The notes under the pieces are model-generated. The model had not been told where the DNA came from. It saw nothing but the letters and a program-made list of their open reading frames with translations, and made no database searches. This document shows, one piece after another, positions 15,001-27,000 of a stretch of 64,000 nt of DNA. The stretch lies in NCBI GenBank assembly GCA_021613535.1, contig CP075496.1, positions 13,826,001 to 13,890,000 on the forward strand, given 5' to 3'. The position numbers and the translations under genes are program-made. Positions within the stretch are counted from its first letter, which is position 1. Every line of letters begins with the position of its first letter. The DNA comes from Adineta vaga (taxonomy: Eukaryota > Animalia > Rotifera).

Positions 15001-18000
15001 AACAACCGAAGTACAAATTGTCAAAGTCAACCGTGAAGATGAAGGTGACTATACAGTTGAAGTGAAAGGCGTTGAACAACCACTTGTTCGACTCAAAGTT
15101 CATCCAAAACCAGTGATTCGACAAGAAATGGAATTACCAAAAACGAAATTCAATGAAAAGGAAACACTCACTATTGTTTGTCAATTCGATGCTGTGCCTG
15201 AAGAAGCATTCATCTTTCTTCATAATGATCAACCGATTGTTCCTGATTCACGTGTGACAACAACAGAAGAAGGCAAGCTATTCACGATAGTAGTGAAAGA
15301 TCTTCGTCCCGAAGATGAGGGTGTTTACACACTGAAATCAGATCATCTGATTCTTGATACACCTGTAATACGTGTTGCGGTTGAAGAAAAGAAACCGGAA
15401 ACAGAAATGACAACTGTTGTGGAAGAAGAAGAAACGATCACGATGACACCACAACAACAGCAGCAGCCACAAACAGTTACCGAAGAAGTAGAGAAAACGA
15501 CTGAAATAATCGAAAAGAAACAGGTAAGTTTTTTTTGTTACCCCTTCGAAATATCGCTAATCTGAATTATTAATATACAGCCGCAAGAACAAATCGAATC
15601 ACCAATTCAAGAAGTTGAAGAAAGTACTACCGTAACGATGACTGTTGAATTACCTGAAGGTACTTCACATAAAGAAATCATTCTATTGAAAAATAATGAA
15701 GAAGTCAAACCTTCAGAACATATAAAAATTGTACAAATAACACCAACAACTACTGAAATTCAAATTATTAAAGCTACGTCTGAAGATGAAGGTACATACA
15801 ACGTTAGTGTCGATAATCAACAACAACCTTTACTACAATTGAAAGTCATTCCAAAAGCTGTCGTTCGTCAAACGATGGAATTACCTCAAACGACATTTAA
15901 TGAAGGAGAAACATTGACTATTAAATGTCAATTTGATAAAATACCCGAAGAAACATTTACATTCTTGTTAAATGAACAACCACTCGTATCAAATGATCGA
16001 ATTACGACGACTGTACAAGAGAATACATATATTATAGAAGTAAAAAATTTGAAACCAGAAGAAGATCAAGGTGTTTATACACTGAAATCAGAACATTTAA
16101 TTCTTGATACACCATCGATTACAGTACTTCGAATTGATAGAAAAGAAAAGCCGAAAGAAACTGAAGATATCGTTGAAGAAACTGAAGAAGAAACGATCGT
16201 CGTTAAACCCGTTGAACAATCTGAAATAACTGAAATTGAAATTATGGAAAAAGAACAAGAGAAAGTAAGTTTCATTTCCAAAAAAAACTACGTTCGATAT
16301 GATCATTATTCAGTATAAAAATACTTTTCAATATTCGTAAAATATTGTATGTCAATACTGAATCTTTTTTACAGTTACCCGAAACTACTGTAACAACAAC
16401 AACTACTACAACAACAACAACAGAAACATCTACAATCGAGACTTCTGTAGCTGTTGAAAAACCCGCACCTGTTGAAACAGCGACTATTACAGAAACCGTT
16501 GAAGAACAAGTACGAGTAACGAAAATGATAAGAACGATACTAATGAAATTGAAAATACTTTTTTCTAATAGTTACTCGAACAAGTCAAACCTATAGAAGA
16601 AACTAGAATCGAAGTTGTCGAAGAAAACGTTTCGACGGAACAAGTACCATCGAGTCAAGCAACGGTTACTACTCAAGAAATCGATGAAACTACTGTAATT
16701 ATCACTTGCTTTCTAATCTTCTCGATTGAAACCTTGCGTTCGCTAGAAATAAGAAGTAACTTCGATCCTATTACGATTGTTCAAAATACAATCCGTTTGA
16801 AAATATACTTCAATCCTAATAAAAATGCAATATGATGTCCTTTGAAATTTTGTCATATATTGACGTTGATTTCCTTACGAATTCCAAAACATACTCTACC
16901 TTGATAGCAGAGTGCTCCCCGTACATCATAAAAATATTTACTTCGATCATAGTTGAAACTCACTAAGTGAATCTGTTCAATTATTAACTCTTAGACGTTA
17001 CATCGTAAAACGTAGCTTCAACAAAGATATATCTCGTTCCACTATATAAAAAAAAGTGTAGTAAACGTTTATCTCGTATAAGATTATCACAACTTTGATT
17101 TGCACACATATCAGAGTTTACTAAAAAGCCATTTCTTTTTCAGTCAATTGTACAAGAAGAATCAAATGAAATCATATCTAAACCTGCTGCCACTACCGAA
17201 GTAGAACAACCTAAACCTGTCGAACAGGAAAAACCAAAATCGCCGCAAGAAGAACAACCAAAACCGGTAGAAAAAGAGAAACCACAACCAGCTGAACAAG
17301 AACAAACTAAACCTGTTGAAGAAGAGAAACCTAAAGCTGTCGAACAGGAAAAACCACAAGCCGTTCCAGAAGAGAAACCACAACCGGTAAAACAGGAACA
17401 ACCAAAACCTGTTGAAGAAGAGAAACCACAACCAGTTCAAGAAGAACAACCAAAACCAGTGGAACAAGAGCTTGCTAAACCTGTCGAAGAGGAAAAACCA
17501 CAACCGGTGGAACAAGAACAACCTAAACCTATTGAAGAAGAGAAACCACAACCTGTTGAAGAAGAACAACCAAAACCTGTTGAAGAAGAACAACCAAAAC
17601 AGGTAGAACAGGAACAACCAAAACCTGTTGAAGAAGAGAAACCTAAAGCTGCTGAACAGGAAAAACCACAAGCAGTTCAAGAAGAACAAACAAAACCAGT
17701 GGAACAAGAACTAGCAAAACCTGCCGAAGAGGAAAAACCAAAACCGACAGAAGAAGAGAAACCACAACCGGTTGTACAAGAACAACCTAAACCTGTTGAA
17801 GAAGAGAAACCTAAAGCTGCTGAACAGGAAAAACCACAAGCAGTTCAAGAAGAACAAACAAAACCAGTGGAACAAGAACTAGCAAAACCTGCCGAAGAGG
17901 AAAAACCAAAACCAGTGGAACAAGAACTAGCTAAACCTGTCGAAGAGGAAAAACCAAAACAGGTAGAACAGGAACAACCAAAACCTGTTGAAGAAGAGAA

Positions 18001-21000
18001 ACCACAACCGGTAGAACAGGAACAACCAAAACCTGTTGAAGAAGAGAAACCACAACCGGTAGAGCAGGAACAACCTAAACCTGTCGAACAGGAAAAACCC
18101 AAACCTGTTGAAGAAGAGAAACCTAAAGCTGCTGAACAGGAAAAACCACAAGCAGTTCAAGAAGAACAAACAAAACCAGTGGAACAAGAACTAGCAAAAC
18201 CTGCCGAAGAGGAAAAACCAAAATCGGCAGAAGAAGAGAAACCACAACCGGTTGTACAAGAACAACCGAAACAGGTAGAAGAAGAGAAACCACAACCGGT
18301 AGAAGAAGAACAACCTAAACAGGTAGAACAAGAACAACCGAAACCTGTCGAGGAAAAACAAATAAAATTAGTCGAAGAAGAACAATCAGAAGAAGTTACA
18401 ATAAAACAGGTAGAGGAAATTGTGAAAGAAGAAACCACTGTTGAACACAAAGAAACTGAACAATTGGAAGAAAAAGTATGAACAATGATTGAAAATCTTA
18501 CAATATTTCGCTGATATATAAAACTTATTTTAGGTAATCGAAAAGGAAGAAGTCAAAGAAGATGTTCAACCGGAAGTCGTTGAAGAGAAGAAAGTTGAAG
18601 TCATACAGATAGAAGAAACTCCTGCTGTCGAAGAGAAAAAAGAAGTCACAACAAAAGAAGTAGAAGTGAGTTTCGCTATCGCATGATCACTCTCATTTTT
18701 GCCGATTTCTGTTTAGCAGGAGGAAAATCTCGAACTTGAAACTCCGATTCATGAAGTCGAAGAAAATTCAACTGTCACGCTCACTGTCGACCGACCTTCA
18801 CGTGATATTACTCTTCTTAAAGATAACGAAAAAATAAATTCTTCGGAACATATTAAAATTATTCAGACATCGCCTACAACTACCGAAATACAAATTACTA
18901 AAGCTAAACCACAAGATGAAGGCATTTATAGCGTACTCATCGATAATAAAGAACAACCGTTGATGGAATTAAAAGTTATTCCGAAGCCTATTGTTCGCCA
19001 AACAATGGAGCTACCTCAAACGAAATTCAACGAAGGAGAAACATTAACTATTAAATGTCAATTTGATACGATACCGGAAGAAACGTTTCAATTCTTAGTA
19101 AATGAACAACCATTGATACCTGATGATCGTATTTCAACTTCTGTCGAAGATACAACATATACAATTGTCGTGAAAAATTTGAAACCAGAAGATGAAGGCA
19201 CATATACATTGAAATCGAAACATTTGATTCTCGATACACCATCGATCACTGTCGTGTCGAAACCGAAACAAACCGAAAAAACCGAAATAACAGAAATAGT
19301 TGAGGTGGAAGAGGAAGAAAAGAAACAACTTGTGAGTGAATGATAGAGGAAACGTTTACCTATTGAAAAGATGATTCGAGATAAATGTGCACGTCTTGAA
19401 ACCATTTATTTTCTTTTAGCCGCAAACAATCGAAGAGCACAAAGTCGAAGAAACAATTACTAATGAGGAAGTTCCTCAACCGCAACAAATAACGACAACG
19501 GACGTGAAAGAAGAAATAGTTGAAGAAACAGTTGTGGTTGAACAACCACAAGTAAGAGATATCCTCTAATCATCCATGCAAGTCTTTTCTTCACAATTCT
19601 TTTTTTAAGCCAACAAGAAAGGAAGCACCAGAAATGCCTGTTCACGAAGTCGAAGAAACGAGTACAGTTACTCTCACAATCGAAAAACCTCAAGGAACAA
19701 CAACAAAAGATGTTGTTCTTCTCAAAAATGGACAAGAACTCAAACCATCCGATCATGTCAAAGTCACATCAACATCACCAACAACAACCGAAGTACAAAT
19801 TGTCAAAGTCAACCGTGAAGATGAAGGTGACTATACAGTTGAAGTGAAAGGTGTTGAACAACCACTTGTTCGACTCAAAGTTCATCCAAAACCAGTGATT
19901 CGACAAGAAATGGAATTACCAAAAACGAAATTCAATGAAAAGGAAACACTCACTATTGTTTGTCAATTCGATGCTGTGCCTGAAGAAGCATTCATCTTTC
20001 TTCATAATGATCAACCGATTGTTCCTGACTCACGTGTTACAACTACTATTGAAGATAAAAAGTACACTATAGTAGTCAAAGATCTTCGTCCCGAAGAGGA
20101 TGAAGGTGTCTACACATTGAAATCGGATCATTTGATTCTGGACACACCCGTGATAAGTGTTGCACCAGAAGAAAAGAAACCCAAAGAAACAGAAACGGTG
20201 ACAGTTGAAGAGGAAGAAGAAACGATCACGGTCACACCTCAACAACCCGAAACGATTGTTCAACAAGAAGAAATCGAAAAAGATGTTGTTGAAACAAAAC
20301 AGGTTAGCTAATTGATATAGCACGCATAATATTTTCGATCACTTCAAATGTTCATTGTTCATTCTGAGTTCTATCGTTTTCCCTCCTTTTCTAGCTTGAA
20401 CAAACTCCAGAAGAAACTCCAGTACATGAGGTTGAAGAAAATAGTACAGTAACGTTAACTATTGAGAAACCTCAACAAACTGCCACAAAAGATGTTCATC
20501 TATTCAAAGACGGTCATGAAGTGAAACCATCTGACCATATTAAATTAACATCAACATCACCAACAACAACCGAAGTACAAATTATCAAAGCTAAACCGCA
20601 AGATGAAGGAGAATATAGTGTAGTAATTGACAATAAAGAACAACCATTGATGAAACTTAAAGTTCATCCAAAACCAGTGATTCGACAAGAAATGGAATTA
20701 CCAAAAACTAAATTCAATGAAAAGGAAACGCTCACTATTGTTTGTCAATTTGATTCAGTGCCTGAAGAAGCATTCATTTTCCTTCATAATGATCAACCCA
20801 TCGTTCCTGATTCACGTGTTACAACAACTATTGAAGATAAAAAGTACACTATAGTAGTCAAAGATCTTCGCCCAGAGGAGGACGAAGGTGTCTACACATT
20901 AAAATCGGATCATTTGATTCTTGACACACCCGTGATAAGTGTTGCACCAGAAGAAAAGAAACCCAAAGAAACAGAAACGGTGACAGTTGAAGAGGAAGAA

Positions 21001-24000
21001 GAAACGATCACGGTCACACCTCAACAACCTGAAGTTACAGAGGTTGTCGAAGAACAAACCGAGGTAGGGTTTTAGTTTCATTACTTTCGCGCGCATACCG
21101 CTTCTTGAATGAACTGACGTTCGACTATTTCGATTTTCTATAGGAAATTAAACAAGCACCAGAAATGCCTGTTCACGAAGTCGAAGAAACGAGTACAGTT
21201 ACTCTCACAATCGAAAAACCTCAAGGAACAACAACAAAAGATGTTGTTCTTCTCAAAAACGGACAAGAACTCAAACCATCCGATCATGTCAAAGTCACAT
21301 CAACATCACCAACAACAACCGAAGTGCAAATTGTCAAAGTCAAACGTGAAGATGAAGGTGACTATACAGTTGAAGTGAAAGGTGTTGAACAACCACTTGT
21401 TCGACTCAAAGTCCATCCAAAGCCAGTGATTCGACAAGAAATGGAATTGCCAAAAACTAAATTCAATGAAAATGAAACGCTCACTATTGTTTGTCAATTT
21501 GATTCAGTGCCTGAAGAAGCATTCATCTTTCTTCATAATGATCAACCCATCGTTCCTGATTCGCGCATTACAACAACTATTGAAGATAAAAAGTACACTA
21601 TAGTAGTCAAAGATCTTCGTCCCGAAGAAGATGAAGGTGTCTACACATTAAAATCGGATCATTTGATTCTTGACACACCTTCAATCACAGTTGTTGCTCA
21701 ACCAAAGAAACCTGAAATAGAAACGACAACAGTAGAAGAAGAAACAGTCACGATTGAAACTCCGAAAGTACCTATCGTCGAAGAAATAGTAGAAGAGGTA
21801 ACAGTTTCTAAACAAAACATGATTCATTAACTTTTTTTTCTATATTTACCATAACCATTTAAATTCATTTTTTTTTCTGTAGACTGTTATAGAAGAAGTT
21901 GTACCAGCTGAAACCAAAGTAAGATACTGACACTCATTTTGTTCTCTAAAACTAAGTTCTCTTATTTCTTATAGGTTGAAGAAACTGTAGTCGAAACAAA
22001 AACCGTGGAAGAGGTATGTATTATCGATTCTTCACGATTTTTGTAACATAACTGTATCTTTCCTGTAAATATATAGATTCCGAAAGAAGAAGAAGATAAA
22101 ACCTATCGAAGTGAAATAGAAGTTCCAGTTGTTAAAGTTCCTGAAGGTAATACAATAACAATTCGAATTCCTGATTCGAAGACAACGGAATCAAATGTAA
22201 TCAAACTTTATATCGATGAAAAACCAATTAAAACATCTATTGATGAGGATACTCGAATCACAATTGAAAAAGATGGTCAAACAGATAATTATGTCGTTGT
22301 TTCTGATGCTAAACCTGAAGATGTGGGTCGATATACTGTCGAATTTAATGGTAAATTACAACCAATATGTATGCTTGAAGTGACACCTGTTCCTGCGAAG
22401 AAATCCGAAGTTGAAATTCCAGTCAAACAAGGAGTAGTCGAAGAAGTTGTTGAAGAAGAAGAAGAACAACAACAACCCATAGCAGAAATTCCTATTCATG
22501 AAGTTATCGAAGGTGATAGTGTTAATTTAACTATTGAACGGCCTAAAGATACTGATGTTAAACAAACATTTTTATTACAAAATGATAAGAAACTAGATAA
22601 TAATACTCGTTTAACTATTCAATCAGCTACACCAACAACAACTGAAATCACTTTAGAAAATGTTAAACCAACTGATGAAGGTCTTTATTCGATTCAATTT
22701 GGCAATCAACCAAGTCAAAAACTGATGAATTTAAAAGTTTTACCTAAGCCTATTGTTCATGATGCTCTTCATTTACCAAAAGATGTTTTTGAACAAGGAG
22801 AAACATTAACAATTGTTTGTGAATTCGATAAAAAACCAGATGAAAATTTAGTTTGGAAATTAAATGATGTACCATTACATCAGTTGAAAGATGATCGAAT
22901 TACAATTGAAACAGCTGATGATGGAAAATCATATACATTAACAGTGAAAAATTTACGACCGAAAGAAGATCAAGGTATTTATAAATTAGAAAATTCACAT
23001 TTAGTATTGGAAACACCATTTGTTCGCGTTATTGAAAATGTTGAAGAAGAACAAGAAGAAACAACGATTTTAGTTGAAGATGAAGAAACAGAATCATTTG
23101 AATTACAAAGAAAACCAAAAGTTGAAGAAATACAGGAAGAAGTAAGAATTCAAAAAGAAATTTTCATCCTTCTATAAATTCAACTCTTTTTCTTCTATTA
23201 GCAACCAAAAAATATCACACAAGAAATTGTTCCAGAAGAGATCGTCGATCAATCAGCCCCAGTTCAAGAAGAAGAAGAAGTGAGTATTAAATATTTCATA
23301 GAATTGTCACAATTCTAAACTAATGATATAATCATCGTTTTTAGCAACCTGTTACTGAGCCAGTGCCAGAAAAACAAACAGAAGAAGAAAAACCTAAACC
23401 TAAATTCGTCAAACCACTCAAGCCAAATAAGACGACTCTTCTTGAAGGTGAACAACTTGTCATTGAAGGAGAACTTGATTCAATTCCAACAAACGTTCAA
23501 TTACAAATCAATGGTCAACCGATACCTGAAGATCGCGTCAAGACCGAGGTGAAAGACAAAAAAATCAAATTTACTCTCGATAATATTAAATTGGATGAAT
23601 CTGGTGATTTTAATGTTAAAGTCAATGAAGATGTCAACAGTCCACCGGTATCCATTACAGTCAATGCTGATCTTCCAACATTTGTCAAGAATTTAACAAT
23701 TAATAAGACACAAGTAGATGCAGGGGACACCTTGAACTTCGAATGTACTCTCAACAAACCATTCGACGAAATCGTTTGGCTCAAAGATGGTCAACCAATC
23801 GAAGAAAATGCTCATATTCAATTCACTAAGGATGGTCCTAAATTAAAAATGACTATCAAAGATGCTAAACCTGAAGATCATACTGGTACATATTCTGTTC
23901 GAGTCAAGAATATTGAAAGTGATACAGTGACAGCTACTGTTACAAAGAAGGTTCCTAAATTCGTTAAAGATCTTAAGCCAAACAAGACTACACTTTTGGA

Positions 24001-27000
24001 AGGTGAACAATTAACACTTGAATGTGAACTTGACACAGTTCCAACAAAAGTTCAACTGAAAATTAATGGTGAAGTTATGCCAGAAGACCGTGTCAAAACA
24101 GAAGTGAAAGACAAAAAAATCAAATTTACCCTTGATAACATTAAATTGGATGAATCTGGTGACTTCAACGTCAAAGTTAATGACGAAATTGATAGTAAAC
24201 CAGTCTCAATCACAGTCAATGCCGATATCCCAAAATTTGTTAAGAATTTGACTATTAATAAGAAACAATTTGACTTAGGTGAAACACTCAACTTCGAATG
24301 CACTCTCAACAAACCATTTGATGAAGTCGTTTGGCTCAAAGATGGTCAACCTATTGAAGAAGATGCTCATGTCCAATTTACCAAAGATGGTCCTAAATTA
24401 AAAATGACTATCAAAGATGCTAAACCTGAAGATCATACTCACATATTCAGTGCGTGTGAAGGAGATGGAAAGTGACAAAGTACCTGTGACTGTTACGAAG
24501 AAAGTACCCAAATTTGTCAAAGAACTGAAAGCGAATAAAACGACCCTCACGGAAGGTGAACAATTAACACTTGAATGTGAACTTGACACAGTTCCAACAA
24601 AAGTTCAACTGAAAATTAACGGTGAAGTCGTGCCTGAAGACCGTGTCCAAACAGAAGTTAAGGATAAGAAGATTAAGTTCACTCTTGATAACATTAAACT
24701 TGATGAATCTGGTGATTTCAACGTGAAAGTTAATGATGAAGTTGATAGTAAACCAGTCTCGATCACAGTCAATGCCGATATCCCTAAATTTGTTAAGAAT
24801 TTAACCATCAATAAGAAACAATTTGATATGGGTGAAACGCTTCATTTCGAATGCACTCTGAACAAACCATTTGATGAAGTGGTATGGCTCAAAGATGGTC
24901 AACCTATTGAAGAAGATGCACATGTGCAATTCACCAAGGACGGTCCTAAACTCAAATTAACTATCAAAGATGCTAAACCTGAAGATCATACTGGCACATA
25001 TTCGGTTCGAGTGAAAGAAGTTGAAAGTGACAAGGTGCCAGTGACTGTTACGAAAAAAGTACCGAAATTCGTTAAGGATCTTAAAGCCAATAAAACGACA
25101 TTAATGGAAGGTGAACAATTAGTACTGGAATGTGAGTTAGATACAGTTCCAACTGATTTACAATTGGTAATCAATGGCCAACCGATACCTGAAGACCGTG
25201 TCAAGACAGAGGTGAAAGACAAAAAAATCAAATTTACACTTGATAATATCAAACTAGACGAGTCTGGTAATTATAATGTTAAAGTTAATAACGAAGTCGA
25301 CAGTAAACCAGTCTCAATTACTGTCAATGCCGATATTCCTAGATTCGTCAAGAATTTGACTATTAATAAGAAACAATTTGACTTAGGTGAAACACTCAAC
25401 TTCGAATGTACTCTTAATAAACCATTCGATGAAGTAGTTTGGCTTAAAGATGGTCAACCAATCGAAGAAAATGCTCATGTCCAATTCACTAAGGATGGTC
25501 CTAAACTGAAACTGACAATCAAAGATGCTCAGCCAGAAGATCACACCGGTACATATTCAGTTCGTGTGAAGGAGGTGGAAAGTGACAAAGTACCAGTTAC
25601 TGTTACGAAGAAAGTACCAAAATTCGTGAAAGAATTGAAAGCAAATAAAACAACATTGACAGAGGGCGAGCAACTAATACTTGAAGGCGAGCTCGATATG
25701 ACCCCGACTAATGTCAAACTACAACTGAATGGAGAAACAATTCCAGAAGATCGCGTCAAAACAGAAATTAAAGATAAAAAGATTAAATTCACTCTCGATA
25801 ATATCAAATTGGATGAATCAGGTGATTTCAATGTCAAAGTCAACGATGAAGTTGATAGTAAACCAGTCTCAATCACAGTCAATGCCGATATCCCTAAATT
25901 TGTTAAGAATTTGACTATTAATAAGAAACAATTTGACAAAGGTGAAACACTCAACTTCGAATGCACTCTTAATAAACCATTCGATGAAGTCGTTTGGCTT
26001 AAAGATGGTCAACCTATCGAAGAAGATGCTCATGTCCAATTTACAAAGGATGGTCCGAAATTGAAACTGACAATCAAAGATGCCCAACCAGAAGATCATA
26101 CTGGCACATATTCGGTTCGGGTGAAAGAAGTTGAAAGTGACAAGGTGCCAGTGACTGTTACAAAGAAAGTACCGAAATTCGTCAAGGATCTCAAAGCAAA
26201 CAAAACAACATTAACGGAAGGTGAACAATTAGTATTGGAGTGTGAACTCGATATGGCACCAAGTGACGTCAAACTACAAATCAATGGTGAAACGGTTCCA
26301 GCAGATCGTGTCAAAACAGAAGTTAAAGATAAGAAGATTAAGTTCACTCTTGATAACATTAAACTGGATGAATCTGGCGATTTCACAGTGAAGGTCAACG
26401 ATGAAGTTGATAGTAAACCAGTCTCAATTACTGTCAATGCCGATATTCCTAGATTCGTCAAGAATTTGACTATTAATAAGAAACAATTTGACTTAGGTGA
26501 AACACTCAACTTCGAATGTACTCTTAATAAACCATTCGATGAAGTAGTTTGGCTTAAAGATGGTCAACCTATTGAAGAAAATGCTCATGTTCAATTCACT
26601 AAGGATGGTCCTAAACTGAAACTGACAATCAAAGATGCTCAGCCAGAAGATCACACCGGTACATATTCAGTTCGTGTGAAGGAGGTGGAAAGTGACAAAG
26701 TACCAGTTACTGTTACGAAGAAAGTACCGAAATTCGTGAAAGAATTGAAAGCAAATAAAACAACCCTAACGGAAGGTGAACAATTAATCTTAGAATGTGA
26801 ACTTGATATGGCTCCGACTGATGTCAAACTACAAGTCAATGGAGAAACAATTCCAGAAGATCGCGTCAAGACAGAAATTAAGGATAAGAAGATTAAATTC
26901 ACATTGGACAACATCAAACTCGACGAATCGGGTGACTATACTGTAAAAGTTAATGACGAAGTGGACAGCAAACCAGTTTCAATCACGGTGAATGCCGACA

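Noticed and set aside
17200-18350. Regular ~24-bp repeats superficially resembling a CRISPR array
   Set aside because: No unique spacers, in-frame coding tandem repeats, eukaryotic context, no cas genes
17162-18450. Minus-strand 'FFNRFWL' and 'GFSSSTG' repeat ORFs
   Set aside because: Antisense readings of the PEVK-like repeat
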